A stretch of DNA of 64,000 nucleotides, taken from the IMG/VR virus record IMGVR_UViG_3300027816_000051, positions 224,261 through 288,260 of that record; one strand, 5' to 3'. Every line of letters begins with the position of its first letter. Position 1 is the stretch's first letter. A program made the position numbers and the translations under genes. The notes beneath the pieces are model-generated. The model was not told the origin of the DNA. It did no database searches and saw nothing but the letters and a program-made list of their open reading frames with translations. Of this stretch, positions 38,492-48,710 are shown one piece after another.

Positions 38492-38851
38492 TTACTTAGC
38501 CCACTTACCTCTACTTACTATTTGGGCGATTACTCCATATACAGATAGGTCTGAATAGGTGTCTTGAACACTTTCACCCACAGTATCCTCTCTACCCAAC
38601 AACACTAACTGTTTAAGTCTCTGTATCTTATCATTCATTCTAAACCACAAACCTGTTTGGGATAATTTTATTTCCTCAGGAGTTTCTAATCTTGTACCGA
38701 CCGAAATATTATCGGGTCCGTAGTTCATTTGTTTTTTACAAAACAGTTCGTACTGTTCTTTTAGGATTTTTTTAAATTCTGCGGTGGTTTCGGGATATCG
38801 TTCCTCACACGATTTAATTGCCGAAGATGGTTCTGTTTTTCCTGTTGTCAT
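38492..38851 (-). CDS. DUF1599 / nucleotide-modification-associated domain 1 protein
   Basis: LFCKKQMNYG...RMNDKIQRL...ESVQDTYSDLSVYG. Confidence 0.8.
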   Translation of the reverse strand: MTTGKTEPSSAIKSCEERYPETTAEFKKILKEQYELFCKKQMNYGPDNISVGTRLETPEEIKLSQTGLWFRMNDKIQRLKQLVLLGREDTVGESVQDTYSDLSVYGVIAQIVSRGKWAK

Positions 38852-38926
38852 ATTACGTTTGATTTATTATTTAAATGATAAACAAAAAAACCTGAAAAAC
38901 CAAATATTTATATAAAAATCCCAAAG

Positions 38927-39160
38927 ATGGAAAATACAGAATTTAACGAAGAATTGAAAAAACCTGACGCACCAAAATCAAAACAATTGGTTCAGATGTT
39001 GTCCTTTAGAGTGGTACCGGCATATTTCAGAGAAATAGAAAAAGTTGCAAGTAAAAAAAAGATGAGTGTGTCTAAATTAATACGTACCTATATTAAAGAG
39101 GGTATGAAAAGAGACAACGCAATTAGTCATAGTGAAGACCAAGAATTTAGAGTAGAGTAA
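38927..39160 (+). CDS. Ribbon-helix-helix DNA-binding protein
   Basis: MLSFRV...IEKVA...MSVSKLIRTYI. Confidence 0.7.
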   Translation: MENTEFNEELKKPDAPKSKQLVQMLSFRVVPAYFREIEKVASKKKMSVSKLIRTYIKEGMKRDNAISHSEDQEFRVE

Positions 39161-39161
39161 C

Positions 39162-40226
39162 CTATTTATCAAATCGTTTAAAAGCATTCATTGATATGTG
39201 ATTATATTTAACTCCACCAATAAAATGGTGGAGTTCTTTTTTTCCTGTATAACTCATTGCGGATTTCAAGTAAGATTCAAAATTATTAACCCACCCTTGA
39301 ATGGTGTATTCAACTTGTTGAGTTCTCACAACGCCTTCCGAAGTTGTTAGATTTTCCTTCCCCCAACTCATTTGGACTTCTTTGGTTGACATACCCCTGA
39401 AAGTTTTAAATAAACTAATATCTGCGTCAAACATTTCTTTTGTTTCTTTTGAATATTGGTCTACTTTTTCATAAACACTAATCATTGAGGTTCCAGTTTT
39501 TTTACTTGTTTCGCCAGCACTTTCTAAACACTTGTTTAAAATGGAACCTAACATTACAAAATCCGCACCTAGAGCCAACGCTTTGACGACATCTGAATAT
39601 TTTTTAAACCCACCATCTGCCACTATCTGAGTATTAGAAACAAATGGTCTTAAATTTTTAATTTTACGACATTCGGAAATCAGAGATGCCATAGGATAAC
39701 CAACACCTGTTTGGACAGTAGTTAAACACCCATTACCGTTACCAATACCAATTCTTACATAATCCGCACCAACTTTGGCGTATTCATAATAAGTTTCAGG
39801 ATTAGCAACATTACCAACCATTAATTTTATGTTTGAATTGTACTTTTGTTTAGCTCTATATGTCATATCTAATAAATCCGACATATGACCATTAGCAACA
39901 TCAATAAGAACCATCATTGGTTGACCTTCAGAATATTCTGTTCTTGTTGATTCTAAAAACAGTTTTTCAAAATCTGACATACTATAAGAGAGGAAAATAT
40001 CGCAATCCACCCACGATGAATCGGGGTTTTTGATTCGTGGAAGTACCGGTAGAATACCTTCTTTTTTAAATAAATTAAAATTATTTTTATCAACAACCGT
40101 ATCCATTGGTGCGGTCATTAATGGTAACATACCATTTTTTAATCTACAATTAATTTCACTACGTGAACGAATACTAGATATTATAGTTGGTTCAATTAAT
40201 AAATCGTCAAAATCGAACAGTTCCAT
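39162..40226 (-). CDS. GMP reductase / IMP dehydrogenase family protein (no CBS domains)
   Basis: FDFDDLL, APMDTV, IDVANGH, GNVA, GIGNGNGCLT, ADGG, KALALGADFVMLG, FRGMS, SEG. Confidence 0.88.
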   Translation of the reverse strand: MELFDFDDLLIEPTIISSIRSRSEINCRLKNGMLPLMTAPMDTVVDKNNFNLFKKEGILPVLPRIKNPDSSWVDCDIFLSYSMSDFEKLFLESTRTEYSEGQPMMVLIDVANGHMSDLLDMTYRAKQKYNSNIKLMVGNVANPETYYEYAKVGADYVRIGIGNGNGCLTTVQTGVGYPMASLISECRKIKNLRPFVSNTQIVADGGFKKYSDVVKALALGADFVMLGSILNKCLESAGETSKKTGTSMISVYEKVDQYSKETKEMFDADISLFKTFRGMSTKEVQMSWGKENLTTSEGVVRTQQVEYTIQGWVNNFESYLKSAMSYTGKKELHHFIGGVKYNHISMNAFKRFDK

Positions 40227-40312
40227 TTTTTTTTGTGTTTTTAGTTATTTATTAAAAAGGTAAGTAAAATAAATCAAAATACCAAACGGTTAAACAAAGA
40301 TATTTATAGGAT

Positions 40313-40645
40313 ATGGAATCAAACAAAATCAATGAAAGTAACGTGTTGAGTATACTCAGAGGTATTCTTTCTGAGGAAGTTTCTAAAGTTAATAGGAATG
40401 ACTACAACAGGGTTCAGTTCAAAATGGATGAATTAGAATCTCAACTCGCTGAAACCATTAAAGAGTTAAGACAATTACAAGATTCTATACCTGATGGTTT
40501 AAAAACAGTAACTAATGGTAGAGTGAAAATAATATCAGATAATTTAAACGATGCTCACTCAACCCTTAAAGTTTTAAAAAATAAAGTTAGAAGTCACAGA
40601 AAATCTTCAAATCAGAGTCAGGTTGAGGAGAAAAAAACAAAGTAA
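40313..40645 (+). CDS. Coiled-coil hypothetical protein
   Basis: INES...ILSEE leader-like. Confidence 0.7.
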   Translation: MESNKINESNVLSILRGILSEEVSKVNRNDYNRVQFKMDELESQLAETIKELRQLQDSIPDGLKTVTNGRVKIISDNLNDAHSTLKVLKNKVRSHRKSSNQSQVEEKKTK

Positions 40646-41014
40646 TTATTCTTCATCTAAGTTCTCACCAATATTTTTTGCAATTTCTTTTCCTTTATCG
40701 GTCAAAAAGAATCTTTCTTCATTGTTTTCATCTTCAATTGAATCTATAATTCCCTTTGCTTGTAGTTCATATAAAAGACTACCGGCTATGATTTCTTTTA
40801 GAAATTGGTCCATATCTTCTCCATTGAACAGATGTTCTAATGAATCTTCATCCAACTCACCATTAATAAATTTTGTTGTAAGTTTATCACAGAAGTACTC
40901 TAACGCGTAAGACTCGTCTTCAATCTCATACTCATTAAAAAAATCAGATTCTCTTAGTATCAATACAATCTGATTGGCCTTTTCAAGTACGATGGGTTGA
41001 TAAATGTTTTTCAT
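40646..41014 (-). CDS. Acidic hypothetical protein
   Basis: C-terminal FFLTDKGKE wing-like motif. Confidence 0.7.
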   Translation of the reverse strand: MKNIYQPIVLEKANQIVLILRESDFFNEYEIEDESYALEYFCDKLTTKFINGELDEDSLEHLFNGEDMDQFLKEIIAGSLLYELQAKGIIDSIEDENNEERFFLTDKGKEIAKNIGENLDEE

Positions 41015-41068
41015 TTGTTAAATATGTAACTAAAGTATAAGAAATAAAGATGAAAAAACAAAGACCCC

Positions 41069-41097
41069 TTGACATTGAGGTGATAAATTATTATTTT
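41069..41097 (+). promoter_or_regulatory. Sigma70-like promoter for the glycosylation island
   Basis: TTGACA-N17-TATTTT. Confidence 0.45.
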
Positions 41098-41114
41098 TTA
41101 GAAAAGTTTATAAT

Positions 41115-42371
41115 ATGTCTGATAATGGAAAAATTTTTATACAGATGGCTGCGTACAGGGATAAAGAACTGTTACCAACACTTAGAGATTGTATAGAGAA
41201 AGCTAAACACCCCGAAAATCTTGTATTTTCAATTGCATGGCAACATTCACAAGATGATGAGTGGGATAATTTAGATGAATTTAAATGTGACCCTCGATTT
41301 AAAATAATCGATATTAATTATACAAAAGCTAAAGGACCTTGTTGGGCTAGATACATGTTACAGCAACAATATGGTGGTGAACAATATACATTACAATTGG
41401 ATTCCCATCATAGGTTTATTCAAAATTGGGATTCGGAGTTGATAGAGGAATTAACAAAATTACAAGACAAGGGTTATAAAAAACCCATGTTAACAGGATA
41501 TATTCCATCATACGAACCCGAAAATGAACCAAATGGTAGATTGAATGTTCCGTGGAAAATGAATTTTGATAGATTCAGTCCCGATGGTAACGTACATTTT
41601 TTACCATCATCAATCGATGATTTTAAAGAAAGAGTTGAACCTGTCAGGGCTAGATTTTATTCGGCACACTTTTGTTTTACACTTGGACAATTTGCATTAG
41701 AAGTACAACACGACCCTGATTATTATTTCCATGGTGAGGAAATATCAATTTCTGTTAGGGCATATACTCATGGGTACGACCTCTTTCATTTACATAGGGT
41801 GATTATATGGCACTACTACACAAGAAAAGGTTCAACAAAACAATGGGATGATGACCCTGTATGGCACAAAAGAAACGAATATAGTCACTATAAAAATAGA
41901 AAACTATTTGGAATGGAAGACGATGGGAATAGTATCGATTTTGGTGATTTCGGGTTTGGTAAAAACAGAACATTAGACCAATACGAAAGGTATGCGGGTA
42001 TTTCATTTAGTAAGAGAGCCATCCAAAAATTTACATTGGAATATAATCACCCGCCAAATCCACATATTGAGGACCAAGTTGAGTATGATAATTCGTTTAC
42101 ATTCCAATTTAAACATTGTATTGATGTGGGATTCCATGACGTTCCACATGATGACTACACATTTTGGGCTGTAGCATTTTTAGATGAAAATGATAATGAA
42201 ATTTTTAGACAAGATGCTGGTTCTGATGAAATTAAGAGAATGAAGAATGACCCTGATGGGTATTGTAAAATATGGAGGACGTTTGAAACGACCGTAAAAC
42301 CTCATAAATGGATTGTTTGGCCATGTTCCGAAAAACATGGGTTTGGTGAAAGATTAGAAGGAAAACTTTAA
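41115..42371 (+). CDS. GT60-like GlcNAc-transferase (Skp1 Gnt1-like)
   Basis: IFIQMAAYRD, GPCWAR, QLDSHHRF, FHGEEI, WHYY. Confidence 0.85.
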   Translation: MSDNGKIFIQMAAYRDKELLPTLRDCIEKAKHPENLVFSIAWQHSQDDEWDNLDEFKCDPRFKIIDINYTKAKGPCWARYMLQQQYGGEQYTLQLDSHHRFIQNWDSELIEELTKLQDKGYKKPMLTGYIPSYEPENEPNGRLNVPWKMNFDRFSPDGNVHFLPSSIDDFKERVEPVRARFYSAHFCFTLGQFALEVQHDPDYYFHGEEISISVRAYTHGYDLFHLHRVIIWHYYTRKGSTKQWDDDPVWHKRNEYSHYKNRKLFGMEDDGNSIDFGDFGFGKNRTLDQYERYAGISFSKRAIQKFTLEYNHPPNPHIEDQVEYDNSFTFQFKHCIDVGFHDVPHDDYTFWAVAFLDENDNEIFRQDAGSDEIKRMKNDPDGYCKIWRTFETTVKPHKWIVWPCSEKHGFGERLEGKL

Positions 42372-42381
42372 AATATAAAAT

Positions 42382-43647
42382 ATGGAAAAAATACTAGTTC
42401 ATTTACCCGCATACAGAGAACCTGAATTAATACCAACAATAAAAAGTGCTTTGGAAAATGCACAATACCCCGAAAGAATACATTTTGGTATATGTAGACA
42501 ATTTAATCCTGATGATGGATTTGATAATGTTGATGAATATAGAGATGACCCAAGATTTAAGATTAAGGACATTCTATATACTGAAGCAAAAGGACTAGCA
42601 TATGCTAGGTCGGTAATAAACGAAGAATTATTAACCGATGAAGATTTTGTTTGTCAATTAGACTCACATCATAGATTCTCGGAAAATTGGGATTCTAAAT
42701 TAATCGGGTGGTACAATCAGTTAAAGGAAGAAGGTAATAATCCATTAATTTGTGGTTACCTACCATACTACGACCCTTTCAATGACCCTGAGAAAAGAGT
42801 ACAGGAACCATGGTTTTCAAGAGCTGAGTGTTTTTACCCTCACGGTACCATTTTTATACGACCATCAGCGGTCCGTGGTGGGTGGCAACATTTAACAAAA
42901 CCATACCCCGCTAGATTCATAAGTGGACATTTTTGTTTTGGTCCGAATAAATGGGCTAAAGAAGTTAGACACGACCCAAATATCTTTTTTGCTGGTGAAG
43001 AGATTAATCTATCAGTAAGGAGTTTTACTTATGGGTATGATTTGTTCCACCCACATGAGGTTGTAATATGGCACGCAACTATGAGAGAAGAAAGGGCGGG
43101 TATGTTGGTTTGGGATGACCAACACAAAAGAGGTGAAGGAACTTGGTGGAAAGGAAATGATATTGCTCGGTCTAGAATTAGACAATTATTAGGTACAGAA
43201 GATAATGGTCACGATTTGGGACCGTATGGTTTAGGTACGGTTAGAACAATACGTGATTATGAAAAATACGCTGGTATACATTTCAAAAAAAGAGCGTTTC
43301 AAAAATGGACCATTGATGATAAATTTCCACCAAATCCTCAATATGAGAATGAAGAAGAATGGGAAAATTCATTTACAAAATCTTTTTATTATTTGGTGAA
43401 TGTTGAAAGACAAGATTTACCTGAAAATGACTATGATTTTATTTTGATAGCGTTTGACGATGAAAATGGTATATCAATGTTTAACAAATATATTGACGGA
43501 CATAATTTAACAAGATTTTTAAATGGAGACGGTCCAATTCATTATGAAGAAATGTTCCATGTGGAAACAGAACCATCTAGAGTGGTTTATTGGGCACACT
43601 CACCTGAAAGAGGTTGGGTAGAAAAAAAACAAATAAATTTAAAATAA
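42382..43647 (+). CDS. GT60-like GlcNAc-transferase, paralog 2
   Basis: AYREPE, QLDSHHRF, FAGEEI; shared C-terminal domain. Confidence 0.85.
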   Translation: MEKILVHLPAYREPELIPTIKSALENAQYPERIHFGICRQFNPDDGFDNVDEYRDDPRFKIKDILYTEAKGLAYARSVINEELLTDEDFVCQLDSHHRFSENWDSKLIGWYNQLKEEGNNPLICGYLPYYDPFNDPEKRVQEPWFSRAECFYPHGTIFIRPSAVRGGWQHLTKPYPARFISGHFCFGPNKWAKEVRHDPNIFFAGEEINLSVRSFTYGYDLFHPHEVVIWHATMREERAGMLVWDDQHKRGEGTWWKGNDIARSRIRQLLGTEDNGHDLGPYGLGTVRTIRDYEKYAGIHFKKRAFQKWTIDDKFPPNPQYENEEEWENSFTKSFYYLVNVERQDLPENDYDFILIAFDDENGISMFNKYIDGHNLTRFLNGDGPIHYEEMFHVETEPSRVVYWAHSPERGWVEKKQINLK

Positions 43648-43657
43648 AAAAAAATAT

Positions 43658-44356
43658 ATGAGCAAATTTGTAGAATTACTAAAAGCATGTGACAATTTTA
43701 AGAAGACCACATACTATTGGGACCACGATGTCCTATTACCACACGAGAATAGTATTAGAAATTATCCGGCGCCTTGGATTATAAAGACTATTGAGTTATT
43801 AAAAATCATTGACGGAAAAGTCGTTGTTGAAATTGGTTCAACGAGGAGAGAATTGACACAAAACTGTATTTCATATCACGATAATTCAATGAAATTAGAA
43901 AGTAAAGACGGTCCTGCATGTTGTCAGGATGGTCACTCAACTTATTATTGGGCGAGAGAGGGTTTTGAAGTTCATACGGTAGATGTTGATGAATATTGTA
44001 AAACTCAAATTGAAAATGAATACAAATATCATATTCATGAACCTATACCTGATAATTTACACATACATATACCTCAAGACGGTATTGAATTTCTTAAAAA
44101 TTTTCAAGGTAAAATTGATTTATTGTTTTTAGACGGATGGGATAAAGGTACCCACGAATACGCGGAAAAACATTTAGAAGCGTTCATGGCCGCTCAAGAT
44201 AAATTATCCGATTTACATTTAATATCAATTGATGATACCGATTTTGACACTGAATCAGCGGGTAAGGATAAATATTTGACACCATACCTACTTGAAAATG
44301 GATATATCAGAGTACTTTGGGGTAGACAAACAGTTTATGTAAAAAATAGACCATAA
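43658..44356 (+). CDS. Class I SAM-dependent methyltransferase-like protein
   Basis: VVEIGS...IDLLFLDG...ISIDD. Confidence 0.75.
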   Translation: MSKFVELLKACDNFKKTTYYWDHDVLLPHENSIRNYPAPWIIKTIELLKIIDGKVVVEIGSTRRELTQNCISYHDNSMKLESKDGPACCQDGHSTYYWAREGFEVHTVDVDEYCKTQIENEYKYHIHEPIPDNLHIHIPQDGIEFLKNFQGKIDLLFLDGWDKGTHEYAEKHLEAFMAAQDKLSDLHLISIDDTDFDTESAGKDKYLTPYLLENGYIRVLWGRQTVYVKNRP

Positions 44357-44382
44357 AAGATAATTTTAGATAATTATTTGAT

Positions 44383-45744
44383 ATGGTAAAGTTAATTATA
44401 TTTGATTTAGATGGTGTTTTAGTTGAAACAAAAGAACTACATTTTAACACTTTGAATAATGCTCTGAGAGAAGTTGATGAAAAATATGTAATAACTTCTG
44501 AGGAACATTTATCGATATATGATGGATTAAAGACAACAGAAAAATTAGAGATATTAACTAAATATAAAGGTTTACCTGTTGAATTATATAATAAAATTTG
44601 GAGAAGAAAACAGGAGCTAACGATTGATGAATTAAATCATTTAGAAAAGGATAATAGACTTATTGAAATATTTAAAGAATTAAAACGTAAAAAATACAAA
44701 CTTATATGTTGTTCTAATTCTGTTAGGTCCACATTATTTGTTGTACTTTCTAAATTAGGTTTAATTGAATTTTTAGATTTAGTACTATCAAACGAAGATG
44801 TTAAAACAGGTAAACCCCATCCTGAAATTTATTGGAAGGGGATAAGTACTATGGGGGTTTTACCTGAGGAGTCTTTAATAATTGAAGATTCACCTTACGG
44901 TCTTCAATCCGCAAATAGAACATCGGCTCATGTACTTAGAGTTAATAATCCGAATTCATTAACACTTGAAACAATAGAAAAAAAATTGGAACAGATTAAA
45001 GAAAAAAATAAATTACAGTGGCCGGGTAATGATTTAAATATTCTCATCCCAATGGCGGGTGCAGGAAGTAGATTTCAAAAAGCTGGATTTAAATTACCTA
45101 AACCATTAATTGATGTTTTAGGTGAACCGATGATAAAAAAAGTAATAGATAGTCTTAATATCCAAGGTAATTACATTTTTATAGTACAAAAAGAACATCG
45201 CGAAAAATACAATTTGGATGTGATGTTAAATTTAATTGTACCTGGATGTAAAATAATAGAAACGGACGGTTTAACTGAAGGTGCCGCATGTACAACATTA
45301 TTAGCCAAAGACTTAATCAATAATGATAGTCCTTTATTGATTGCAAATTCAGACCAATACATTGAATGGGATAGTGTAAACTTCATGTATCTTATGAATG
45401 AGCAATCGTTAGATGGGGGTATATTAACATTTACTGCAGATAACCCAAAATGGTCTTTTGTTAGAACAAATGACACGGGATTAGTGACCGAAGTTGCTGA
45501 GAAGAAACCAATATCCAATCAAGCAACTGTAGGTGTTTATTATTGGGGTAAAGGTTCAAATTACGTAGAATGTGCCGAAAAAATGATTAGTAAAAATATT
45601 AGAGTAAACGATGAGTTTTATGTTTGTCCTGTTTACAATGAATCAATAGAAAATGGTGATAGAATTAAACCATACAATATTCAAAATATGTATGGTTTAG
45701 GCACACCTGAAGATTTAGAGAATTTTATTAATTTGAAAAAATGA
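44383..45744 (+). CDS. HAD phosphatase fused to sugar-phosphate nucleotidyltransferase (BcbE-like)
   Basis: FDLDGVL, KPHP, IEDS; IPMAGAGSRF, PKPLI, GAACT, NSDQ, EFYVCP, GLGTPEDL. Confidence 0.88.
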   Translation: MVKLIIFDLDGVLVETKELHFNTLNNALREVDEKYVITSEEHLSIYDGLKTTEKLEILTKYKGLPVELYNKIWRRKQELTIDELNHLEKDNRLIEIFKELKRKKYKLICCSNSVRSTLFVVLSKLGLIEFLDLVLSNEDVKTGKPHPEIYWKGISTMGVLPEESLIIEDSPYGLQSANRTSAHVLRVNNPNSLTLETIEKKLEQIKEKNKLQWPGNDLNILIPMAGAGSRFQKAGFKLPKPLIDVLGEPMIKKVIDSLNIQGNYIFIVQKEHREKYNLDVMLNLIVPGCKIIETDGLTEGAACTTLLAKDLINNDSPLLIANSDQYIEWDSVNFMYLMNEQSLDGGILTFTADNPKWSFVRTNDTGLVTEVAEKKPISNQATVGVYYWGKGSNYVECAEKMISKNIRVNDEFYVCPVYNESIENGDRIKPYNIQNMYGLGTPEDLENFINLKK

Positions 45745-46187
45745 TACTGATTTCACATAGAGGAAACATTGATGGTCCCAACGATGTAAGGGAAAATTCA
45801 CCATTTTATATTATGGAGGCCATTACCATGGGTTTTGATGTTGAGGTTGATATTTGGTATAAAAATGGTGATTTGTGGTTAGGTCACGACAAACCCGAAT
45901 ATAAAACATCAGAAGAGTGGTTAAAAGAAAGAAGTAATAATTTATGGATACATTGTAAGAATGTTGAGTCACTTTGTTTTTTTAATTCTTTGTCATATAA
46001 GTTTAATTATTTTTGGCATCAAGAGGATGTCGTGACCTTAACGTCATTAAATTTTATGTGGGTATATCCAGGAAAACAACCAATAAAAAATAGTATAGCA
46101 GTACTACCAGAAATCTTTAATGATGATATTAAAGATTGTACAGGTATATGTAGTGATTTTATAAAAAAATATAAAGAAGGGAATTAA
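45741..46187 (+). CDS. Short GDPD/PLC-like phosphodiesterase
   Basis: ISHRGN, DVEVDIW, LGHD, WIHCKN, GICSD. Confidence 0.75.
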   Translation: MILISHRGNIDGPNDVRENSPFYIMEAITMGFDVEVDIWYKNGDLWLGHDKPEYKTSEEWLKERSNNLWIHCKNVESLCFFNSLSYKFNYFWHQEDVVTLTSLNFMWVYPGKQPIKNSIAVLPEIFNDDIKDCTGICSDFIKKYKEGN

Positions 46188-46188
46188 A

Positions 46189-46992
46189 ATGAGAGTGGCG
46201 GTATGTTATTCGGGAATGTTTAGAAACTTTAACGAGACTATAGAAAATCACAAAGAGCATTTATTCTCGAAATATGATTGTGATGTTTATTTTAGTTTTT
46301 GGGATGTCTATGGTGATGGTGGGTTTACGTCAAAATATAGTACAAGTAAAAGAAAAACTTGGGATTTTAAAACAAATCAATTTATTGAAACAGAAGTATC
46401 AAACGATAAAATATTACAATCGGACATTGATGATGTTTTAACAAGATTAAATCCTGTAAAATATGAATTTGAGGAGTTTTCAAATTTTGAACCACTTTTT
46501 AATGCGAAATCCGAATTGATGAATCTTGTTTATAAAGAAAAACATGATTGGTTACCTCATTTACCAAATATTATGTCAATGTACTATAAAGTATATCGTT
46601 GTAATTACTTGGTTAAGTATTCAGGTAGAGAGTATGATTGTGTTTTAAGGTTACGACCTGATTTAATGTTTCATGATTTTGGATTAGAATTATTGAAACC
46701 TGAAACAAATACAATCAACATTAATTCATGGGGTTCATTTGAAAAAAATTATCAGGACATGTTTATATATGGTGATACAATTTCAATGGGTAAATTATCT
46801 AGATTATATTTTAATTTAGAAAAAATATGGCATGAGGCAGGAAGAAAATCAGGAAATGAACACGTTTTGTATTATTATCTTAATAATGTTACAGATGTAA
46901 ATATCAATATGGATACCTCGATTGAATTTTATAAAGTAAATAGAGGTCAATTAGGTTCCATGGCTGGATATTATTTACCCAACACACAATAA
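46189..46992 (+). CDS. Putative glycosyltransferase (VAVCYSG..R family), paralog 1
   Basis: VAVCYSGMFR...SMYYKV...YDCVLRLRPD. Confidence 0.65.
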   Translation: MRVAVCYSGMFRNFNETIENHKEHLFSKYDCDVYFSFWDVYGDGGFTSKYSTSKRKTWDFKTNQFIETEVSNDKILQSDIDDVLTRLNPVKYEFEEFSNFEPLFNAKSELMNLVYKEKHDWLPHLPNIMSMYYKVYRCNYLVKYSGREYDCVLRLRPDLMFHDFGLELLKPETNTININSWGSFEKNYQDMFIYGDTISMGKLSRLYFNLEKIWHEAGRKSGNEHVLYYYLNNVTDVNINMDTSIEFYKVNRGQLGSMAGYYLPNTQ

Positions 46993-46998
46993 AAAAAG

Positions 46999-47697
46999 AT
47001 GATAACATTAAAAAATTTAGAAATAACAGAAACACCTCAAGAATTCTTTGATGCATTTAATAAATTCATGTTAAGTGGTGACAAAAAAGTCTTCAATAAA
47101 TTGATTGCGCGAACATTATTATACAATGAGGTTAAGGATATTCCTGGTGACATTGTAGAATGTGGTGTTTTTAAAGGAACGGGATTGTATACATTTTTAA
47201 AATTAAGAAATCTATATAACCCTAATTCTGTTAAAAAAGTAATCGGATTTGATTTTTTTGATACTGAAAATTTAATCAATTCAATCACAGATAAATTCGA
47301 TAAGGAAACAATGAACACTCTATTTGAGGGTAGAAACTTTAGTCACGAAAATTCATTTAAAGATAATTTTAGAAATCAAATTTTATCTCATGGTTTTTCT
47401 GAATCAGAATTTGAATTAGTTGAGGGTGATGTTTCATCAACAACAAAGAAATTTTCACAAGAAAATCCTGGATTTAAAATATCATTACTTTACATGGATT
47501 TGGACTTGGAGGAGCCGACTTATAACACTTTAGTCAATTTGTGGGACAATATCACTAAGGGTGGTATCGTTGTATTTGATGAATATGGGTACCATAAATG
47601 GAGTGAATCTAAAGCGGTAGATAGGTTTATCCAAGAAAAGAATTTAGAATTAAAAACATTAAACTATTCGGCACCAACCGCATACATTAAAAAATAA
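46999..47697 (+). CDS. TylF/MycF-family O-methyltransferase-like protein
   Basis: GDIVECGVFKG, GFDFF, MDLDLEEPT, GGIVVFDEY. Confidence 0.82.
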   Translation: MITLKNLEITETPQEFFDAFNKFMLSGDKKVFNKLIARTLLYNEVKDIPGDIVECGVFKGTGLYTFLKLRNLYNPNSVKKVIGFDFFDTENLINSITDKFDKETMNTLFEGRNFSHENSFKDNFRNQILSHGFSESEFELVEGDVSSTTKKFSQENPGFKISLLYMDLDLEEPTYNTLVNLWDNITKGGIVVFDEYGYHKWSESKAVDRFIQEKNLELKTLNYSAPTAYIKK

Positions 47698-47700
47698 TTT

Positions 47701-48390
47701 ATGCAAGTAGTAATATTGGCGGCAGGTCGTGGTACAAGATTTAACGGGTCAGAATTTGATAATCCTAAACCTTTAATAGAATGGGATGGTAAAACCATGA
47801 CTAATCACGTAATAGAAAACTTTAAGGGTGATAACGTAAAGATTATTCTAATTAAAAGGGACGAACACCCAATACATCACAAAGATGTAAACATTATCAA
47901 TATTGATTGGATTACTGAAGGCCCAGCATGTACTGCACATCTGAGTAAAGATATTGTTGACATGGATTCTGAATTAGTAATTGTGAACTGTGACCAAATA
48001 ATTTTAGATTGGGACAAAACGATGTTTTTAAATTTTGCAAGAAACTTTGATGCTGTGATTGGTTGTTTCATTTCAAATAAACCAAATAATTCATATGTTA
48101 AATTAAATAATGAAAATTTGGTTACCGAAGTAAAGGAAAAAGAAGTCATCTCAAATATCGCAACGAATGGTTTACATTATTGGAAAAAAGCGAGATATTT
48201 TTTTGAATCATTTGAAGAAATGTTCACTAATAAAGATACAACCAATAAAGAATATTACGTCGCACCAACTTATAACTACCTAATTAAAAATGGGTATAAG
48301 GTTGGTATCTTTATGTTTAACCAACATCACCCAATTGGGACACCTGAAGATTTAAAAAAATACCTAAGCATAAAGAAAACACAAATATGA
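47701..48390 (+). CDS. Sugar-phosphate nucleotidyltransferase (BcbE-like), paralog 2
   Basis: ILAAGRGTRF, PKPLI, GPACT, NCDQ, EYYVAP, IGTPEDL. Confidence 0.85.
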   Translation: MQVVILAAGRGTRFNGSEFDNPKPLIEWDGKTMTNHVIENFKGDNVKIILIKRDEHPIHHKDVNIINIDWITEGPACTAHLSKDIVDMDSELVIVNCDQIILDWDKTMFLNFARNFDAVIGCFISNKPNNSYVKLNNENLVTEVKEKEVISNIATNGLHYWKKARYFFESFEEMFTNKDTTNKEYYVAPTYNYLIKNGYKVGIFMFNQHHPIGTPEDLKKYLSIKKTQI

Positions 48391-48710
48391 AAATAACAAA
48401 ATTTGACGAATACAAAGGTGGATGGTTCATTGGTGATTTTGAGCCTGCCGCGTTTAAAACAAAGGATTTTGAGGTTTGTTTTAAACACCACACCAAAGGT
48501 GAAAAATGGGACACTCACTATCACAAACAAGGGACTGAAATAAATTACTTGGTTAAAGGTAAAATGATGATACAAAATACCGAATTAAATGAGGGAGATA
48601 TTTTTATTCTTTACCCATACGAAGTTGCAGACCCTGAATTTTTAGAAGATTGTACCGTATTAATTGTTAAAACACCATCAGTAAAAGGAGATAAATTTAT
48701 AATACCATGA
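48387..48710 (+). CDS. Cupin domain protein
   Basis: GGWFIGDFEP; HYHK..TE..Y...GK. Confidence 0.8.
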   Translation: MKITKFDEYKGGWFIGDFEPAAFKTKDFEVCFKHHTKGEKWDTHYHKQGTEINYLVKGKMMIQNTELNEGDIFILYPYEVADPEFLEDCTVLIVKTPSVKGDKFIIP

